DNA of 64,000 bases from an uncultured virus (IMG/VR IMGVR_UViG_3300012147_000007) (lineage: Duplodnaviria; Heunggongvirae; Uroviricota; Caudoviricetes), in IMG/VR virus record IMGVR_UViG_3300012147_000007, positions 1-64,000 of that record; one strand, given 5' to 3'. Every line of letters starts with the position of its first letter. The first letter of the stretch is position 1. Shown piece after piece: positions 18,273 to 28,734 of this stretch. The notes under the pieces are model-generated. The model was not told where the DNA came from, made no database searches, and saw only the letters and a list, made by a program, of their open reading frames with translations. The position numbers and the translations under genes are program-made.

Positions 18273-19360
18273 TTATGAGAATCCATTGTTCTTCTTCCAC
18301 TGCTCATGCTTTTGCTCAACACTATACATGAAAGAACCTCCTGGAATTACCTTCGCATCTGGGAATCCGTTTTCTGTTGTCAAAACAGATTCTGATTCTT
18401 TTATTGCACCAGTAAACTTTCCAGCACCTTTCTTATTTTCAATATTACCTGTTGAAGGATTGTATTAAAATTAATTTTTACTTTTTTTAGTTTATTTATT
18501 AATAAACCAAATATGAAACCTAAATATACAAACGAACAACTTAAACATGCTAAGTCTTTTGATAAATTACCATTAGAATGTTATGAATGTAATAAAGATT
18601 TTTTTATAGCAAAGACGCACATCAAAGATGCTAAAAATCCAAATTGCAAAAGAACTGGTGAATTTTGCTCAAAACAATGTTTGTCTTTATCAAAAAAAAC
18701 AAAAGCTAAATATAATTGTCATAACTGCGGAAAAGAATGTGAAAAAAAGATTTCTCAAATAAAACTATCAAAATCAGGTTATAATTTTTGCTCAAGGAGC
18801 TGCACATCATCTTATCATATGAAAAACAAAAAATACGGCACAAATAGGTCTAAATTAGAACAGTGGATTGAAATTCAATTAACAAAATTATACCCAAATC
18901 TTAAAATATCTTATAATGACAGGCAAATTTTAAATCCTTTGGAATTAGATATATTTATCCCAGAATTGTCAATAGCATTTGAATTAAACGGCATTTTTCA
19001 TTATGAACCCATATTTGGACCTGAAAAGCTAAATAAAACTCAAACTAAAGATTTCAACAAACACAAACTTTGCTTTGATAAAAGGGTGGATTTATGTGTA
19101 ATTGACACATCAAGTCAAAAATATTTTAAAGAACAGACATCTAATAAGTTTTTAAATATAATTATAAAAATTATTCAAGAAAGATTTTAATTCTATGTAA
19201 CTTATTTGAACAAATAATCCGTTCTAACACCACCCTTAGGCTCAATAAACTCTACCATATAAGACTGTTCAGTTCCATCATTCATATGAACAATCAAGTT
19301 ACCAGTTTCATCTCGGTTCACTAAAAAATTCTTTCTCACCTCTTCTCTCTTGTCTTTCAT
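18273..19360 (-). pseudogene. Hypothetical gene split by an opposite-strand endonuclease
   Basis: 5' half 19202-19360 (MKDKREE...GGVRTD), startless 3' half 18273-18464 (YNPSTGNIENKKGAGKFTG...). Confidence 0.65.
18513..19190 (+). CDS. Zn-finger + PD-(D/E)XK-like homing endonuclease
   Basis: FCSRSC, RSKLE, ELDIFIP..AFELNGIFHY; paralog of 43994-44695. Confidence 0.85.
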   Translation: MKPKYTNEQLKHAKSFDKLPLECYECNKDFFIAKTHIKDAKNPNCKRTGEFCSKQCLSLSKKTKAKYNCHNCGKECEKKISQIKLSKSGYNFCSRSCTSSYHMKNKKYGTNRSKLEQWIEIQLTKLYPNLKISYNDRQILNPLELDIFIPELSIAFELNGIFHYEPIFGPEKLNKTQTKDFNKHKLCFDKRVDLCVIDTSSQKYFKEQTSNKFLNIIIKIIQERF

Positions 19361-19406
19361 GACTTTTGTTTTTAAAATTATATTTTATTTCATTATCGAA
19401 CAAATG

Positions 19407-19480
19407 AGCAGGTAGACGGGATTGAACCGTCTCTATTCCAGATTGGAAATCTGGCGCACCACCATTTATGCGTTACCTGC
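19407..19480 (-). tRNA. tRNA-Gly (TCC)
   Basis: CCAGA-TTTCCAA-TCTGG, U73. Confidence 0.9.
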
Positions 19481-19485
19481 GTTTG

Positions 19486-19640
19486 TGGACATGGGAGGAA
19501 TTAAACCCAAGACGTAAATCTCGCTTACTTTGCTCCTGAAATGACTAATGCGCACTTATCAATTCACTCACGTTTCAACCCTTAGCTTTCTTAGCACCAA
19601 CACCAAAGTTGGGACGGTTCATCTCACCGCAAGCATATCC
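19486..19640 (-). ncRNA. 155-nt RNA with tRNA-like ends
   Basis: GGATATG/CATGTCC-A, degenerate T arm, GCTTGC/GTAAGC stem enclosing several hairpins. Confidence 0.55.
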
Positions 19641-19675
19641 ATATTTGCCTATTTATAGTCGTAGCAAGGACTTTG

Positions 19676-19748
19676 AGCGAAATGTGGGAATCGAACCCCG
19701 TCTTCTCCTTGGAAGGGAGACGCTTTCAGCCATTAAGCTACATCTCGC
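19676..19748 (-). tRNA. tRNA-Gly (TCC), possible 8/4 fold
   Basis: GCGAGATG/CATTTCGC, TCTCC-CTTCCAA-GGAGA, short T stem. Confidence 0.8.
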
Positions 19749-19953
19749 ATATGGAGTCATTTATACACAGCTCCTGAGTGTTTATTTTACTTATTAAGAT
19801 TTTTTAATTTATCTTTCTTATTGTCCTCTTGGGTAATTCTTAATCTTGCTGCGAAGTCCATTTGTGAAATTAGTTTTTTAATCCTATCAGGGTCTTCATT
19901 TTCTTTATTTTTCATAGTTTGGTTTTTAACAATATTATAGCCTTCAACTTTTG

Positions 19954-20037
19954 TGGGGGTGGTTGGATTCGAACCAACTCAGACCTATGCCAATGGTGTT
20001 ACAGACCATCCCAACTCTCCAACTTTGGCGCACCCCC
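19954..20037 (-). tRNA. tRNA-Tyr (GTA)
   Basis: ATGGT-CTGTAAC-ACCAT, long variable arm. Confidence 0.88.
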
Positions 20038-20163
20038 AGTTTACGAAATTTCTTTTATTTTCAGTTTGCGGATTTCGTAATCCCATTTCTGCTATTCTTA
20101 ATTTGTCAGGGAACAAAGCACTGACAAACGTCTTGTCTGAATTGTAAAATTCATTTCCCTTAG

Positions 20164-20236
20164 TGGAGGTGGTCGAAATCGAATCGACCTCAGGAACATT
20201 GCAAATGTTTCTCGCCAGCCTTGGACATGCACCCCC
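20164..20236 (-). tRNA. tRNA-Ala (TGC)
   Basis: G3:U70, TT-TGC-AA. Confidence 0.85.
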
Positions 20237-20296
20237 ATTGCGCTATGGTGGAAAGTACTTTCCTATGGTTACCATAACTTATTTATCCGCTTTTTG

Positions 20297-20374
20297 TGGA
20301 GAAATAGGGAGTTTAACCCAGTTCAGTCGCTCCGCTAAGCTGTTACACAACATTAACTGAATACTTAAATCTCC
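20297..20374 (-). ncRNA. Degenerate tRNA-like RNA
   Basis: GGAGA/TCTCC-A ends, GGGTTAAACTCCC T-like arm, TTCAGTT/GACTGAA stem. Confidence 0.45.
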
Positions 20375-20375
20375 A

Positions 20376-20893
20376 TTATTTATTATTTTTCATAATTTCA
20401 AAGTACTTCTGATTCCTCAATCTTTTTTTCTTGTCGATTCTATTTCTAAAATCTTTAAGAAGAGGTTCTGGAATCTGGATGCCCCTCTTTTGGAACTCTC
20501 CTAATATTTCTTCCTCTGTAAATGTCCAGTCGCAAATTCCATCGCTCCACTGGTCCACCCAAAGACCAAAACTTCTTTTTCCACTCATTACAGCTTTGAC
20601 GATATTCGGATGTCTTGTCCTTATCACTGTATTCCTCTTGATGTCTCCGTTTTCAACTTGCCTAAAGCAATATTTACCTTCTTCACCATTTGGGTCAAAC
20701 TCAGTTTCTATTATTGAGCCTGAGAATTCTAATAACCCACTTCTATAGCTCTTAAGAAAAAATATAAACATTTCATTGAAGTTATCAGAATATTTTCTAA
20801 GCTTCCTGTTTTTTCTACTTCCTACTTTCTTTTTTTGCTCATCAAGCCTACTTAACTTCTGGCTCCCAAGCGGTGTTCTCCTTGCTCTTTCAT
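20376..20893 (-). CDS. hypothetical protein (start probably frameshifted in an A run)
   Basis: Long ORF; nearest ATG at 20893 is one base out of frame. Confidence 0.6.
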
Positions 20894-20930
20894 TTTTTCT
20901 AAATTTATAAATTAATTTAACATTACCCAG

Positions 20931-21003
20931 CGGTCCCGAACGGATTCGAACCGTCAACCATCTCGCAGACAACGAGCTACACTACCAATTGTGCTACGGG
21001 ACC
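20931..21003 (-). tRNA. tRNA-Asp (GTC)
   Basis: TT-GTC-TG loop, G73. Confidence 0.85.
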
Positions 21004-21009
21004 TTATTG

Positions 21010-21083
21010 TCTAAGTGACAGGGGTCGAACCTGCGGCCTGAGCGCCCCAAACGCCCCACTCTACCAAACTGAGCTACACCTAG
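21010..21083 (-). tRNA. tRNA-Pro (TGG)
   Basis: C1:G72, TT-TGG-GG. Confidence 0.9.
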
Positions 21084-21091
21084 ATATTTTG

Positions 21092-21167
21092 CGGTCTATA
21101 CGGTTTTCGAATCCGTCTGATATTCCTCCGTGACAGGGAGGTGGACACCCAAGCATCCCCATAGACC
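21092..21167 (-). tRNA. tRNA-Asp (GTC)
   Basis: CCTCC-CTGTCAC-GGAGG, G73. Confidence 0.85.
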
Positions 21168-21178
21168 ATTTTTTTAAG

Positions 21179-21254
21179 TCTGATGAGCTGGATTTGAACC
21201 AACGTGCTGCAATTTCCAAAATTGCCGAGATAAGCCTGACTCCTCTATCACCAG
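21179..21254 (-). tRNA. tRNA-Pro (TGG), A37
   Basis: GCAAT-TTTGGAA-ATTGC. Confidence 0.85.
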
Positions 21255-21331
21255 ATATTTTACTTTAATTTCCAAGATGTCAATTTTTTACTTTCGAAAG
21301 ACTCAGTGACGTTTCACAAAAGTCTATAAAC

Positions 21332-21365
21332 AAAAAAAGCTCGGTCCTTTTTGGAACCGAGCTTT
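21332..21365 (-). terminator. Attenuator terminator of Pro/Asp/Ala/Tyr/Gly/Met leader
   Basis: AAAGCTCGGTTCC-AAAAA-GGACCGAGCTTTTTTT. Confidence 0.9.
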
Positions 21366-21391
21366 AAACTATTCGTTTAGATATTATATTA

Positions 21392-21511
21392 TCAAACTTT
21401 AAGTTTATGCAAAACGATTCCGTCCCTGCTGCAATCATCTGCCGCTGGCGCCCCCATATAGCCCATCGGGTTAATTGAAGTGTTCTCGTTATATGTATAA
21501 ACTTTTTCCAT
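21392..21511 (-). CDS. Leader peptide (PMGYMGAPAADD block), putative attenuator
   Basis: MEKVYTYNENTSINPMGYMGAPAADDCSRDGIVLHKLKV*. Confidence 0.85.
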   Translation of the reverse strand: MEKVYTYNENTSINPMGYMGAPAADDCSRDGIVLHKLKV

Positions 21512-21646
21512 TTGAATTTGTTTCTCTTTTTTCTAAATAGCAGAAAATTTCTTTTTCCGCTTTCTTCTACGCAAATATATAACATTTGTTCTATTAAATC
21601 CAAATCTTTTTTAAAGAAATATTGAAAATAATTTTGAACCTCTTGA

Positions 21647-22280
21647 TTACCAGCAGTTTATCTCACGATAAAATTTTTCGAAATTTTTCATTTCTTGTAT
21701 TGTGTAGCCGTATCTCTTTCTATTATGCTCTAAAGACTTCTTAATATCACCATCTTTATTCCTTAAAGTTGATGCCTTCCAATCAACAAGCATTTCAATT
21801 CTATCAAGTGGTTGCATTTCCTTTAGCAATAAGTACATCAGCAGGAGTCCATACAGCAACCATGTCAACACCTATTTTCTTACGTTTTCCAGTTTTAATA
21901 GTCTTACCATCAGAAGTAACTTTCACTACGTCTCTTGTTTCAGTGTATCCAGTATTATACTTAATAGAAGCATCTGTATTCTCGCTTGCAGCGATGAAGT
22001 TAATTGCCTCTGGGTTATAAGTTGTTTCATCTGTGTTTACAGGGATTCCATTATCAGCAGCCCATTTTACAACGATATTCCAGTCACCATCTCTAATAAC
22101 GGTAGCACATGTCATACCTCTTGCATTTTGAGGGTCTTGCTTAACAGATGGTGGAGCCATGAATTGGTCCTCACCTAATGAACGTCCACATGAGTATATA
22201 ATCTCAGCTGTGTAGTCATTACCTAATCTTGATAACTGTTCGTTAGCTCCTGCAAGCCATGCTGGACCATAATCACCCAA
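21647..22280 (-). pseudogene. Two fused gene fragments (second resembles DUF5662 C-terminus)
   Basis: Overlapping ORFs without ATG starts; IEMLVDWKAS..KDGDI..S. Confidence 0.45.
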
Positions 22281-22362
22281 TTGTTTATTTAATTAATTAT
22301 TAGTTTAGCGACTACAAAATAAGCCAAAATTTACAACCTATGCAAATTTTAGCCTATATTTT

Positions 22363-22830
22363 TTAATACTTCATTGGAAAGTCTTCCAAATCTTGGTATA
22401 CAATTATTTTACATGAATCATTTTCGATTACAATATCTAAGTGAGTTCTTACTTCAGTAGCATTAATTTCTGCTATATAAACAAGAGTCTTAATGCCATC
22501 TTCATCATACATTTTCTTAGGCTTACCAAGTTTGTATCCGAACTGCATTTTTTTATAGTGCTCAAGAATAACATCTTCACCGTGTAGGTCAATGCTCATT
22601 TGAGAAGTAAACGCCAGCATAGTTTCATACTCGCCTTGTATATACAAAGTTTGGAAGAAGTTTCCAAAATCGCTTCCATATATCAAAGCAGGATTAGAAA
22701 AAGGTTTATTTTCTAACTCAGAAGAGCTATCTTTAGCTGTAACCAATGGACCTGGGCCTGGCTTTATTTCAAGCTCATCACATGACACAGTGATTAAACA
22801 GACTAATAATATGTAAATATAGTTTCTCAT
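22363..22830 (-). CDS. Lipoprotein
   Basis: Signal peptide ending ITVSC. Confidence 0.75.
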   Translation of the reverse strand: MRNYIYILLVCLITVSCDELEIKPGPGPLVTAKDSSSELENKPFSNPALIYGSDFGNFFQTLYIQGEYETMLAFTSQMSIDLHGEDVILEHYKKMQFGYKLGKPKKMYDEDGIKTLVYIAEINATEVRTHLDIVIENDSCKIIVYQDLEDFPMKY

Positions 22831-22891
22831 AATATTATCTTGTACGTATAAAAGTTAAAAAATGTTTCAAATTTTTATAGAAAAATACTAA

Positions 22892-23526
22892 ATGTCTATT
22901 AAACTCAACATATTAGAGTCTAAAAAACTATTAACTATCTAATGTCTGATGTTGATTTTAAGGAAGAGTTTGCTGTAGAGTATAGCTCTATATTTGAGAA
23001 GCACTTAAGAAAACTATTGAATGACGGGCCTATACTTAAGCAAGCTTGCAAGGATAGGTTTGGTAAGTTACTTGAACCAGATGAAGAGAAAGAGCCTGAG
23101 TACCCAGAATCGGGTTCTGGCGAAAACGTTGCTCCAGGACCAATCTTGTCAGACTCTAAAGAAGTAGTTGTGTATACTGGCCCAAAAACAGAAAACAAGG
23201 AACCAGCTTTGCTATTGGTGGGAGACCCTGAAAAAGTAAAACACCTATAAAGAAAAATTGTTCAAAAGACACATCCAGACAAAGTGAATAGCGATGCGCT
23301 AAATGAACTTTACTATAAAGCTACAAAAGCTAATAAGTCGAAAGACCTTCTAGCTCTATACTCTATTTGTAATGAGCTTGGAATTAAGTTCAATATTACT
23401 GATAAAGAAATTGCTATAATTAAGAACAGACTTCTTGCGATAAAACAACAACAAGAAAGGTTTGAGAAAAGCCACTTATGGTTATGGGCAAACATAGAAG
23501 ATGATAAACAAAAAAGGAAATACTAA
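22892..23526 (+). pseudogene. J-domain-like (HPD) protein, disrupted
   Basis: KHL*RKIVQKTHPDK with in-frame TAA 23248-23250 plus frameshifts near both ends. Confidence 0.6.
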
Positions 23527-23556
23527 AACACTTCCTTCTTAATAACGCTCCTATGG

Positions 23557-24375
23557 TTAAAGGTTTGTTTTAACATACTCTGTCAAAGCCTCAACATACT
23601 TTTCAATATCAGCGTGATAGAACCCTACTGAGTTCATGCATCCACACTCAATGATATAATACCTCATATCACCATCTTCATGTCTTACACTTGCTATATC
23701 AATAGCTATGACCTCATGTGGAGCATACTCACTTAGTCTGTCTTCAACAAACTGAATCATATCTGCTGGAATGTCTTCTCCAGACTTTGAAAGTCTAAAG
23801 TTCTCTCTGTACCTTGAACTGGTTACTACCTTTCCATCTACACAATAATTTCTCCACTCTTTATGTATGTTGTAAGCTGGGCCAACAAGTATTTTAGAAT
23901 CTTCATTCAACGGACCTTCGTACTTAATCATGCGCTCAATCATGTCCATGATTTCATATTCATTAGCTGCTGTGCCATCAAACTCTTTTCCATCACCATC
24001 TGGTCTAACAAACAAAGTTATACATGGATTGCTTCTGTCATTATCAAGAAATTCTGAAACCTTCATTATCTCAGCTCCAGATGAAAGCATGTGTTCACCC
24101 CACTTATTAATATAGTTCTCCATAGAGAAAGTATCTGGATTATAAAACAACCCAACTGGATTCAATTGCTCATGAAGATTATTCATAAAAGTAGTTGAGC
24201 CATAATAAATATTCTCATACTCATCATCAACTGGAAACTCTGGTAATTCATCTGAAAAAGGAACTACTATAACTTCTACGTGCTCAATACCCAGTTTATC
24301 ACAAGCATCTTGAAATTGGTTCCTGTCGTTTTCTGCTATCAGGTTGTCCTGAATAATCCACCTCACTTTCTTCAT
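23557..24375 (-). CDS. ATP-grasp protein (DUF4343/R2K-like)
   Basis: FVRPDGDGKEFDG, EWR, IDIA..IIECGCMNSVGFY. Confidence 0.85.
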   Translation of the reverse strand: MKKVRWIIQDNLIAENDRNQFQDACDKLGIEHVEVIVVPFSDELPEFPVDDEYENIYYGSTTFMNNLHEQLNPVGLFYNPDTFSMENYINKWGEHMLSSGAEIMKVSEFLDNDRSNPCITLFVRPDGDGKEFDGTAANEYEIMDMIERMIKYEGPLNEDSKILVGPAYNIHKEWRNYCVDGKVVTSSRYRENFRLSKSGEDIPADMIQFVEDRLSEYAPHEVIAIDIASVRHEDGDMRYYIIECGCMNSVGFYHADIEKYVEALTEYVKTNL

Positions 24376-24698
24376 TATGAATCAAAATTTAAAGGCCTAC
24401 CCGTTTTGTCACACTCTATTATAAACGGACCAAGCATTGCGTTTTTATATTGCTCTTTTTTGCAGTGACTACACTCATAACTCCAAACACCATTCTCTAA
24501 TTCATAAGAATAAGATTCTGAATGAGATAATTCATTTCCGCATGAACACCAGTTTAAAGAATGCTTCCACCCTTCTGCTTTCTCAAGCTTTGTTCCTTTT
24601 ACAAAATCAGTATTTATAATCCATTCGCTATTAACGAAGTAATAAAGATTTCCTGTTAGTTTTCTAAACCAACTCAATTGTCTTAAATATCGTTTCAT
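24375..24698 (-). CDS. Zn-ribbon hypothetical protein
   Basis: CSCG..ECSHC. Confidence 0.65.
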   Translation of the reverse strand: MKRYLRQLSWFRKLTGNLYYFVNSEWIINTDFVKGTKLEKAEGWKHSLNWCSCGNELSHSESYSYELENGVWSYECSHCKKEQYKNAMLGPFIIECDKTGRPLNFDS

Positions 24699-24699
24699 A

Positions 24700-25494
24700 T
24701 TATTTAACTGTCATATGAGTTTCCCAGAACTTGACAGACTTTTCGAAATTGTCTTCAATTTCCTTCATCTCTGTTTGGTACTTCACAACATCACTGTTGT
24801 ATTTCTTCATTAATTCTGATTCCTCTACAAGATTTGGCTTCACTGGAGGAACTGGAAGTTTCATTCCACTACCACCCATTGATAGGTCCATGTAATTTCT
24901 CATCATTGTAATTGGCTTCATTGGCTCCTCTCTCGGAGTCATCTGACCAAGTATTGCAACAACACCCCAATCGGCATCAAAAGGCTCTGACTTCTCAAGA
25001 CCGATTGCGTCAACTCCACCTCTTGCTAAAGTTTTCTCATAATCAATCAAAGCTTCTTTGTCCATCTGCGCCTTGCTGTAAAGAACAGTGATTGTGTATT
25101 TTGCCACTGGCTTGCCAAATGGAAGCTCAAGCCATCTTGATAACACTGGCCATTCACCTTTTCTTCTTGATGAATATCCGCTTCTAACAAAAGGGTAGTG
25201 TGCTAACTCAAAAGGAATTGCTCCAGCTTTAGCATCAGTTATGTTTGCCATAACAAGAAGTTTACAGAACGGAGCATATCCATCAAGAATGTTAACACGA
25301 ACATGCCCATCTGATTTATCAATCATTCTATCTTCTGGTTTGTCAAAGTATAGATTTTTAAAACCATTAAGATGTTGTTCAAAATCTACTGGTTCTAAAT
25401 TTAGAATTTTTGTTCCACCAAAGTCTTGGTCGAAATGTCTTAAGGCGAAATCACTAATCTTGATTGTGCCCAATCTTTCTGTTTGTTCTTTCAT
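24700..25494 (-). CDS. DUF3228 family protein
   Basis: LDGYAPFCKL, SGYSSR..E.PVLSRW, LYS..Q, EEPMKPITMMRN. Confidence 0.8.
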   Translation of the reverse strand: MKEQTERLGTIKISDFALRHFDQDFGGTKILNLEPVDFEQHLNGFKNLYFDKPEDRMIDKSDGHVRVNILDGYAPFCKLLVMANITDAKAGAIPFELAHYPFVRSGYSSRRKGEWPVLSRWLELPFGKPVAKYTITVLYSKAQMDKEALIDYEKTLARGGVDAIGLEKSEPFDADWGVVAILGQMTPREEPMKPITMMRNYMDLSMGGSGMKLPVPPVKPNLVEESELMKKYNSDVVKYQTEMKEIEDNFEKSVKFWETHMTVK

Positions 25495-25777
25495 TATTTT
25501 TTAATGTTTAAAGTAGTTGGCTCTATTCCCTTTTCGGTCTTAATAAATAGGACTGCATCATTTGTTGCTTTATTGTCTTTTACTAAATAAGCAAGAGTCC
25601 CACAACACTCTGTAGAACCTATATGATTTACATATCTGTGATTACACACAAAACACTCAACTGTTATATCATTGTTTTCCATTGCACGAATTTACGAAAT
25701 AAAAAAAGGGGAACCAAATTAATGATTCCCCTTTTATACGTCATAAAACTTAAATTGTTCCATTTTGGAGCAACTAC

Positions 25778-26095
25778 TTAGTGAATAAAGTAAACTGAGC
25801 CTTTTTCTTCATCACACGTTAAATATTGAGGGCTTCTAAATAAATTTGGACCGCAGTGGTGTGTGTTTGCTGAAATATATAGCTCCACTATCTCATTATG
25901 AGAGTTTCGCACTTTGCATACCCATCCGTCCTGTATTCTTTTAGCATCCTCCAATGCTTTTAATTGATAATTATATCCTTTTTCACATTCATAAAGGGTC
26001 TCGCCCTTCTTGATGTTACTAATTTCTAAGTAGTAATCTACCCAGTTTTCGCCTAAATCGCATTCGCTCGGCTTGATAAAATTTGTGTTTTTCAT
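25778..26095 (-). CDS. hypothetical protein
   Basis: ORF, ATG at 26095. Confidence 0.6.
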   Translation of the reverse strand: MKNTNFIKPSECDLGENWVDYYLEISNIKKGETLYECEKGYNYQLKALEDAKRIQDGWVCKVRNSHNEIVELYISANTHHCGPNLFRSPQYLTCDEEKGSVYFIH

Positions 26096-26256
26096 AACTT
26101 TAAATGTTAATTTTTCAAAGAACTCGTATAACTTTTTATACATCTATAAATAGTTACATAAACGAAAAACGGGGTAAAAAACACTAAATGTTAATAAAAA
26201 AATGGCACTAATTTTAGTGCCATTTTGTCAGTATTAGTATGTTAGTTTTCAGCCTT

Positions 26257-26574
26257 TTAAACAGTAGTAATGCTGGCTTGGTTTTTGCTATTAAGCATCT
26301 CATTATATAAAATTGTCTGATTTGTCATTACGAATTTAATGTTTTCGTAAATCGGCTCTTGAGAGACATGTGTTCTACGAGCCTCTTTAAGCGTTGGTAC
26401 AATTTCCTCCATAGTTTCTTTAAGGTATTCTGATTGCTTTTCTGGCTTGAAGCCTCCAACCATTGTCAATAGATTATGAACTCTATCAAAACCTTTTGCA
26501 AGAGAGGCGATTGGACAAGTAGCTAAGTTTGCAAAATAAGTAACTGCTGGAATCTTAACCCCATTTATTACCAT
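26257..26574 (-). pseudogene. C-terminal fragment of HD-domain (RelA/SpoT hydrolase-like) protein
   Basis: ASLAKGFDRVHNL.TM....EYLKET; N-terminal HD part absent. Confidence 0.5.
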
Positions 26575-26863
26575 TTAACCCAGTTTTCTCAGTATAAATT
26601 TCATTCCATTCTTCTAAGTTTAAAATATTATACCCACTTGTTAGTAAAGTAACTTTGTAACAATTATCTCCAAAATGTTTTGCATAATCTAAATTAATCG
26701 AAAAATAATCAATGGGCTTCTTGGTTTTATCATAAATACCATCAACACAAGTATATACAATAGTTTTACCAAAACCCCTCACCTTTTCTATCATTTCCCT
26801 TATTTCCATATTCTTTTTATATATAAATATTCTAAAATTAGACCTCCACTAAACAAACCGTAC

Positions 26864-27576
26864 TTGTGCTAACAGCGTATATAAGAAATGACACATAAAC
26901 ATTCGTACTAAATTTAAACTTTCTGCAAGTGCCACTTCTCATATACGCAAAACGTTACCCACCATTAAGGTAGTTCGGTAACAACATAGTTTATAGCCAT
27001 ATTTATTTCAGTTTCAATCTGAAATTTAAAGCCCTTAAATTCATACACTTTTTTATCCTTTACTTTTTCAAGGCTATATTTTTGCAATAGTTCATATATT
27101 TCAGAAAGTGAAATACTGCTTACATTTGCTTTTATATTTAAATTTATTGTCATCATATCTTTCAATTTAACGGTGGGTAACACTACCTAAAAACAAGTTC
27201 GTGCCTCACCAATTTTTAGCCTAAACGTTATGTGCCATACTAAAACAACCATATAGCATCACAAAACCCATACTTTATACGAGCCTCTTTCCAAAATTCT
27301 GCTTCTGCAAATTCAATACATTGGGTTTTAACTTCAAATTTTTCTAACCAACGTACTTTATCAGTAATTTCACCTCTTGCAATTCCATCACGCTTGTCGA
27401 TGTAAACAAATGGTTCTACAATAAATTTACGTTTACATAAAAAAGTACGGCACATAACATTGTATAAACCCAATGCCTTTAGTGCTTTTTTGATATGATA
27501 TTTCATAATTTTAATTTTAGTGTTGTTAATTAAGTTCATTGATAGGCACTGTGTTTATACCTACCGTTACCTGCAA
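26864..27576. repeat. Three attC-like palindromic elements separating small ORFs
   Basis: TAAC...CGTTA imperfect hairpins; GTTACCCACC(26954)/GGTGGGTAAC(27172) and GTTATGTGCC(27227)/GGCACATAAC(27449). Confidence 0.65.
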
Positions 27577-27742
27577 GTTTTAAAAAGAAAAAAGCCCTTC
27601 CCATCAACCGACATGCTATACAAACACCCAGCAATGCTATGACTTTCAATAAACTCAATCTTGTGACCAGCAATTTCATAAACTTTAATTTCATCAAGTT
27701 CAAACTCATCTTTCTTTCCAAAAAGTCTTTTCCAAAAACCCA

Positions 27743-28546
27743 CTATTTTCTGTTCATAAATTCATATCCATACCACTTATACTTGCTGTAATCAACAAGT
27801 TCTGCAGGCTTCCAGGTTTTTGTCCAGTGCTCATCAGTTTTAACGTGACCCTGGCGAACCAGTTTGAACAAATTGTTGAATTCGTTATGATGCACGTCAA
27901 GAACTCCAGCGTTTCTACTATCGTATCCTTCAATGTTTCTAATCACAAATCCTTCAGATGAGTCAGCTCCAGTATCAAGGTCGTATCCACCAAGCAACCC
28001 TGGAGTATCAACACTTTCAACCCAAGTCATTCCCAGATTCTCTTTTAACCAATTGTCAAGCAAAACATCTTCATCAACATCATCACGATAAAAATCTTTC
28101 AATGTTGTTTTAATAGGAATCACTGGAACCGTTGGAAAATCAAACATGGCAGCGTAGAACTGGACTTCCTCCCAAGATAACCACTTGCCATTTTCTCTGG
28201 CAGCGAATACATAATAATAAGATTCAAGATTCTTGTAAGCAACAGAGTGAATTCCATACATGTTCTCGCCAAACAATTCAAGCTTACCAAGGTCATTTTT
28301 AATCAACTCCCAGCGTTCACGCATTGGCTTATCCCAAGGATGTGCTGTTGGAGTAACATGACTTCTGGCAAATACTCCTTCTTTTTTGAAGTGGTTATTT
28401 TGTCCATCAAGCTTTTCTGTCATTACAAGCTCTGGCATTTCAGCAAAAGCCTTGACGTAACCCTTAGGCATGAAGCGGTCATCAGATGTCGTTCCGAGCG
28501 AAATCTTTGCATGAAGGCATCTTCCATATTTATCCTAGCTACTCAT
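27743..28546 (-). CDS. RNA ligase (Rnl2-like) with in-frame TAG at codon 4
   Basis: TEKLDG, FGE, EGFV; ATG 28546 coupled to upstream stop (TAATG); MSS*DKYGRCLH..GTTSDD. Confidence 0.85.
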
Positions 28547-28734
28547 TATTTTAACTTTTTCTTAATCCTACAAAGTTCGAGATATACCTCTTCAACCTCT
28601 TCTATAAATTCATCACTATAATCTCCGCTTCCCCATGTTTCTGGGTCCAGAAATTCTCTTAAATCCTTAACAGCATCACGAACATTAGCTCTGACACTTT
28701 CTATTTTCTCATCTGCTGTTGTAGTTGCACTCAT
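28546..28734 (-). CDS. hypothetical protein
   Basis: 62 aa, translationally coupled on both sides. Confidence 0.7.
   Translation of the reverse strand: MSATTTADEKIESVRANVRDAVKDLREFLDPETWGSGDYSDEFIEEVEEVYLELCRIKKKLK

Noticed and set aside
19486..19640. tmRNA
   Set aside because: Only 155 nt, no G3:U70 and no convincing tag ORF; kept as an unknown tRNA-ended RNA
21364..21603. 79-aa track ORF as the leader
   Set aside because: Starts at TTG upstream of the promoter; the ATG ORF 21392-21511 in another frame fits the attenuator layout
23248..23250. Ochre readthrough in the J-domain-like gene
   Set aside because: Single TAA, no UUA-anticodon tRNA seen, and the gene has other lesions
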